In this document: piece by piece, positions 59,991 to 64,000 of the stretch | How positions within the stretch are numbered: position 1 is the stretch's first letter | How the letters are laid out: each line of letters opens with the position of its first letter | IMG/VR virus record: IMGVR_UViG_3300008110_000030 | Span: 124,001 to 188,000 of that record | DNA length: 64,000 nucleotides | Strand: one strand, 5' to 3' | The notes under the pieces: generated by a model | The model's input: only the letters and a program-made list of their open reading frames with translations | Told to the model about the DNA's origin: nothing | The model's database searches: none | Made by a program: the position numbers and the translations under genes

Positions 59991-60119
59991 ACACTTCGTG
60001 TTTTATAATTGTTCTTATTATTAAATGAAATAAATTGTGAGTTATGAAATAACGAACAAGTGAGCGTTAGCTCACTGATAAATCATACTACTGATATCAA
60101 CTTATACTTTAAGGATAAC

Positions 60120-60338
60120 TCAGATTAAAGGCATACCGGACTCTTTGGTCCACTCCATATTTTCCTTTACGATTTCATTGATGGCTTGTTTCTGCTCGTA
60201 GGTCAACTGAAATGCCTCATCAGTGGTAAGGCCACCACGCATGTACCATGCTAACCTGAATGTATCTTTCTCAATGGCTTTTGCTTCTTTGTCGAGTCCT
60301 GCTGATATCTCAACAATTTCAGGAAGAGTTTTAGACAA
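60120..60338 (-). CDS. Baseplate hub assembly factor (gp51-like)
   Basis: Short ORF (WYMRGG) directly after the gp26-like gene; start uncertain. Confidence 0.55.
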   Translation of the reverse strand: MSKTLPEIVEISAGLDKEAKAIEKDTFRLAWYMRGGLTTDEAFQLTYEQKQAINEIVKENMEWTKESGMPLI

Positions 60339-60343
60339 AAGCC

Positions 60344-61207
60344 TTAGACGAAAAAATTTGAATAATCAAACTCAAAAGGAATTTCCATCTGTGCAGGTGA
60401 TCCTAGATCCACATACTGCTGTGGAGTCTGTATGGTCATGAAACGTTTGTTGTTTCTATCATTAAGAGTTCTAAACGCTTTGGCCACAACATCAAAGAAT
60501 TCTTTATCACAATTTTCTAAAAACTCTTTAATTTGTAATGGATCAGTAGTGTTACCTTCAGTGGTATCAATGCGTTTAATTCCGTTCAACATTTGCATTA
60601 GAGTAGCATCTGCTAGGCGTCCCATGGCATTTGCTGCCATGTCAATACGCTGTTCTTCACTTAAATCTTCGTTTTGTATAATAGTTTGTAACACACGGTT
60701 ACTGTCAAAACTTAGTAAGCTGTAGTCAGTTAACACTTTGTAGGTAACTGGCTCGATGAATATGGTCATATCGTTGCTTACTTTTACTTCTTCTTCCCAG
60801 TAAGTATTTTCTACGATCTGATCTAAAAGTGGTCTGAGGTCAATTTCAAACGGCTCTTTCTCATTCGTGCCTGGAATACTCACATCCATGGTCATCTTTT
60901 CACCATATGTGGCAATACGTATAGCAATTAATATTGCATCCAAATCTAGACTTGGACATTTCCAAGGATCTAAAATATTTGGAACACAGCTTTTAATCAC
61001 ATCTACTGTGGTACGTCCGTTGAACAAGGCATCGGGAGTTCTAATCAACAGTTCGTCTTTGACTGTTAATCCATAAACTGGAAACTCGCCGTTGTCTGGC
61101 ATTTCCAAACTGCCCTCAGGCCAAAAGCGTCCTTGGCTGGGCAATTTTAGAAATAATTTTGGTCTTCTCATAAATGAAGACAGGGGATTTTTACGTGAAC
61201 TTTCCAT
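60344..61207 (-). CDS. gp26: Baseplate hub assembly chaperone (gp26-like)
   Basis: LKLPSQG, LTVKDEL, DLDAILIAIRIATYGE. Confidence 0.8.
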   Translation of the reverse strand: MESSRKNPLSSFMRRPKLFLKLPSQGRFWPEGSLEMPDNGEFPVYGLTVKDELLIRTPDALFNGRTTVDVIKSCVPNILDPWKCPSLDLDAILIAIRIATYGEKMTMDVSIPGTNEKEPFEIDLRPLLDQIVENTYWEEEVKVSNDMTIFIEPVTYKVLTDYSLLSFDSNRVLQTIIQNEDLSEEQRIDMAANAMGRLADATLMQMLNGIKRIDTTEGNTTDPLQIKEFLENCDKEFFDVVAKAFRTLNDRNNKRFMTIQTPQQYVDLGSPAQMEIPFEFDYSNFFV

Positions 61208-61219
61208 TTTTTAACTCCG

Positions 61220-61245
61220 ATAAATAATATACTGCATTATTTATA
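61220..61245. promoter_or_regulatory. Pair of crossing late promoters
   Basis: ATAAATA on + (61220-61226) and TATAAATA on - (61238-61245) between divergent genes. Confidence 0.65.
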
Positions 61246-61269
61246 TGCGTATATTTCTGGGGAAATTAA

Positions 61270-63678
61270 ATGTCTGAAGTCACAGGATCAATAGGTAGCG
61301 AAAGCGTTAGACTGCGTGGTATGGCGCTGGAAGAAACGCAACGACAAATACTCATGGCTATTACTAAAACCGCTGGACAATCGAAAGGCATATTTGGAGC
61401 AGTGGGGGATGAAGCAAAAGAACTTGGCAGCAAGTTTGGAGGAGCTAGTAAAGTCATAGGTATTATTACTAAAGCTGGCGGAATTTTGGCCGACACGTTG
61501 AAAGCTGTTACAGGTGGACTTGACAGTTTAGTTGACCAGATACGTGTTGCAGACAGTGGTATAAGACAAAGCGGAACAAATCTTAGAATATTAGCTGCCA
61601 ATACTGCCATGACTGACTCTGCAATAGGTAAAGCTACTAGTAAAATATATAAATTTGCCGCAGAAGGTATTGGTCAGTTAGAAGAACAATTTGATGTTTA
61701 TAAAAAATTAAGCAATATTGGTGGTGTAGTTGCTGGAGATTTTGACAATTTACGAATTAATGCCAGTGCATTAGGTGTCAACATGCAAGAGTACGCCGGA
61801 TTAATGGAAGAAAATTTCCTTAATTTAAGATTAGGTGGACGTAGTGCTAGAGTTGCTATGGGAACTGTTACAGGTATTGCAAAAGATATACGCGAATCAG
61901 GCGAAGTATTTAATAATGAATTTATGCGATTAGGCATTGGCGCTAATGACTATGGCAAAGTTATTTTACAAAACTCTACTCTTCTTGGAGGATTGCGACA
62001 AGCTGAAGGTGCAGGAAGTAAAGATTTTAGAGACAAACTGTTGCTGACCACAAAAAGTGTTACTCAGTTAGGTGATGCGTTTGGGTTCAATAGAGAAGTT
62101 GTTATGAAAGCTGCCAACGAAGCATTACAAGATGCTCGTAATAGAACAATTTTTAATAACATTAGAGAAGAAGGTAAGCAACAGATGCTATCTCTAATGA
62201 CTGGTATGTTTGGCGGAGATGCGCAAAAAGGCATGCGAGCTACCATTGCGGCTTATACTGGACGCTTTGATGAGCAATCTGCTGTGCTTGCTGGCATGGC
62301 CCCTGACCTAATGCAAAAGATGAAAGCTCTTTCGGCAGCAGTAGCTAAAGGTGTGCCAGTAATGGATGCTATCAAACAAGTTGATTTAGGTCCTACGTTC
62401 GCAAGGATAGAAAATCAGTCAAATGATTTAGCACAAGGATTTTTAGATAATGCTGGAGCTCCTGGCATTGCGGCTAATGCATTGTTAACGTTACAGCAAA
62501 TGTTTGGCGATATGCCAGCTGTTCAGAAAAGATTAGAAGATTCTACAAATAGTCTAACAGATAAACAAGGAACAAATTTAGACGCATTAGGTCGATTCCA
62601 AAGAGAAAATATTAAAATGGCAATTTCAATGTCCATGGCAAACAAGACTTTGAATAATTTTGGATTGAGTATTGCTTTAGGGTCACAAGTGATTACAACT
62701 GCAATGAGTAGGATTGCAAGAGAAATTGGAGTTCAAGCAGATCCTTTAGTAGATGGGCTAGTCAACCAAATGAATTCAGTAAACAAAACTGCTACTGATT
62801 ATATTAATAAACTTGCCGATGGCGTTGGCAAAGATATGGACGCTACTGTAGCGTCTGCTTTAGAAATATTGGAAAGTACTGGTCTTCTAAATAAAGAACA
62901 AATCAAAGCGTTTAAAGAAGCAACTGCAAGTTCTAGACAAGCAGGTGGAACTACCAGTGGCTCAAATAATGCTACTAACGCACGTCCAGCATCAAGCACC
63001 ACTGGTGGCGCACAACAGTCGTCAGCACAGTCGCCCTCTTCAGCAAATGCGGCAACCCCTGCAAGAACTAATTTAGGGCCAGCGGCAAACGAACTGTTAG
63101 GCGCAATTGAAGGAGTTCAAAGATTTAATGCTAATGCAACAGAAGATAAAAAAAATCGTGGTGGAATAAAATTTGATTATAAGATTAACAAAGGTGAAGA
63201 AGTATCTAAACAAGTTGATCAAATTAAAACATTAATGGCACAAGCCAATTTAAAAGAAGGTACTGATTTTAAATTGGCTAGCCAATATGATGGTAATACC
63301 GGCAAAATTGGTGTTGAGTTTATGTCAACAGAAGCCGCAAATAAATTTGCAGAAGTGGCTTCAAAAATAAAAAATCCACCAGCACCTCCAGCACCCGTAG
63401 CATCTGCTCCAAAACCTGTGACAAGTGCTGTAGTACAAACAGGTGCAACTAACCCAAATACTCAGCCAGCAGAGTCACCAGTACAAGTAGCCACTTCTAG
63501 TGCTGTAGCATCGCAAACTCCGGTAAATACTAATAACGGAACACAAGTGGCTACATTACAATCAGGTTCTGATGCATTTGATAGGTTGCTTCAGAATAAT
63601 AATGCAAATACCACAAGAGTGATTGATAAATTAGAATCATTGACAGCTTCTATCAAGATGTCAATACCAATGAGTTAA
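61270..63678 (+). CDS. Tape-measure-like tail protein
   Basis: 802 aa, Ala/Gly-rich helical, divergent from the gp26-like gene. Confidence 0.6.
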   Translation: MSEVTGSIGSESVRLRGMALEETQRQILMAITKTAGQSKGIFGAVGDEAKELGSKFGGASKVIGIITKAGGILADTLKAVTGGLDSLVDQIRVADSGIRQSGTNLRILAANTAMTDSAIGKATSKIYKFAAEGIGQLEEQFDVYKKLSNIGGVVAGDFDNLRINASALGVNMQEYAGLMEENFLNLRLGGRSARVAMGTVTGIAKDIRESGEVFNNEFMRLGIGANDYGKVILQNSTLLGGLRQAEGAGSKDFRDKLLLTTKSVTQLGDAFGFNREVVMKAANEALQDARNRTIFNNIREEGKQQMLSLMTGMFGGDAQKGMRATIAAYTGRFDEQSAVLAGMAPDLMQKMKALSAAVAKGVPVMDAIKQVDLGPTFARIENQSNDLAQGFLDNAGAPGIAANALLTLQQMFGDMPAVQKRLEDSTNSLTDKQGTNLDALGRFQRENIKMAISMSMANKTLNNFGLSIALGSQVITTAMSRIAREIGVQADPLVDGLVNQMNSVNKTATDYINKLADGVGKDMDATVASALEILESTGLLNKEQIKAFKEATASSRQAGGTTSGSNNATNARPASSTTGGAQQSSAQSPSSANAATPARTNLGPAANELLGAIEGVQRFNANATEDKKNRGGIKFDYKINKGEEVSKQVDQIKTLMAQANLKEGTDFKLASQYDGNTGKIGVEFMSTEAANKFAEVASKIKNPPAPPAPVASAPKPVTSAVVQTGATNPNTQPAESPVQVATSSAVASQTPVNTNNGTQVATLQSGSDAFDRLLQNNNANTTRVIDKLESLTASIKMSIPMS

Positions 63679-63687
63679 GGATTAAGA

Positions 63688-64000
63688 ATGGCTTGGAAAA
63701 AATATTTTACACCAGTTAAGGTTAATAATGACGGGGGTTCTAAGAGTCTCATTTCAGGATCAGGTGGATCAAACTATAACGCATTTAGAAGTAACTATTC
63801 CAGCTTTCTCCCTGATGTTTATTCAGGACATCCAAATAGATTAGAAAGATATCAGCAGTACAATACCATGGATGCAGACAGTGAAGTCAATGCGGCATTG
63901 GACATATTAGCTGAGTTTTGCACACAAAAGAATAAAGATAACGGCACTGCTTTCAACATTGATTATAGAGAGCAAGCAACAAATACTGAAGTTAAATTAC
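63688..64000 (+). CDS. gp20: Portal protein (gp20-like), 3'-partial
   Basis: MAWKKYF...LERYQQYNTMDADSEVNAALDILAEF resembles the T4-type portal N-terminus (Y..M....EV..A.D.I). Confidence 0.8.
   Translation, partial: MAWKKYFTPVKVNNDGGSKSLISGSGGSNYNAFRSNYSSFLPDVYSGHPNRLERYQQYNTMDADSEVNAALDILAEFCTQKNKDNGTAFNIDYREQATNTEVKL

Noticed and set aside
59628-60119. Group I intron, tRNA, tmRNA or CRISPR array
   Set aside because: No interrupted host gene, cloverleaf, tag ORF or repeat-spacer periodicity recognised by eye; an Rfam search is still needed.
1-64000. Stop-codon reassignment, or inteins/introns in core genes
   Set aside because: Genes are full length under the standard code; polymerase, thyA, gp46 and gp47 show no large insertions.

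Overview
64-kb segment of a large, AT-rich lytic myovirus (T4-superfamily/jumbo-like gene content, standard genetic code). Left arm, + strand (1-20.9 kb): family B DNA polymerase (5'-truncated) and sliding clamp. Next is an extended 7-deazaguanine DNA-modification neighbourhood: a DpdA/TGT-like transglycosylase, an unknown protein, a QueD-fold protein with LxxxHRHxF, a GT-B glycosyltransferase, a 2OG-Fe(II) oxygenase, FolE, a cupin, a phosphoribosyltransferase, a HIT hydrolase and a frameshifted QueE. RNase H, a MoxR AAA+/VWA pair, a DHFR-like protein and ThyA follow. Centre, - strand (20.9-54.7 kb): tail/baseplate module with four paralogous fibre-like proteins, a 4747-aa wedge protein and gp6-, gp25-, gp5-, gp53- and gp48/54-like genes. 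Right arm: gp55-like late sigma factor, gp47/gp46 nuclease, Hc1-like small basic proteins, and a minimal GIY-YIG nuclease followed by a ~360-nt G+C-rich non-coding region with many predicted helices and a possible pseudoknot. The window ends with gp51/gp26-like genes, a tape-measure-like gene and the 5' end of the portal. The two best leads are (1) the GIY-YIG + structured ncRNA locus and (2) the deazaguanine cluster carrying a glycosyltransferase and an oxygenase. Nested sigma70/late promoters and a start-codon-sequestering hairpin are also directly visible. All family calls are by eye from motifs; no searches were run.
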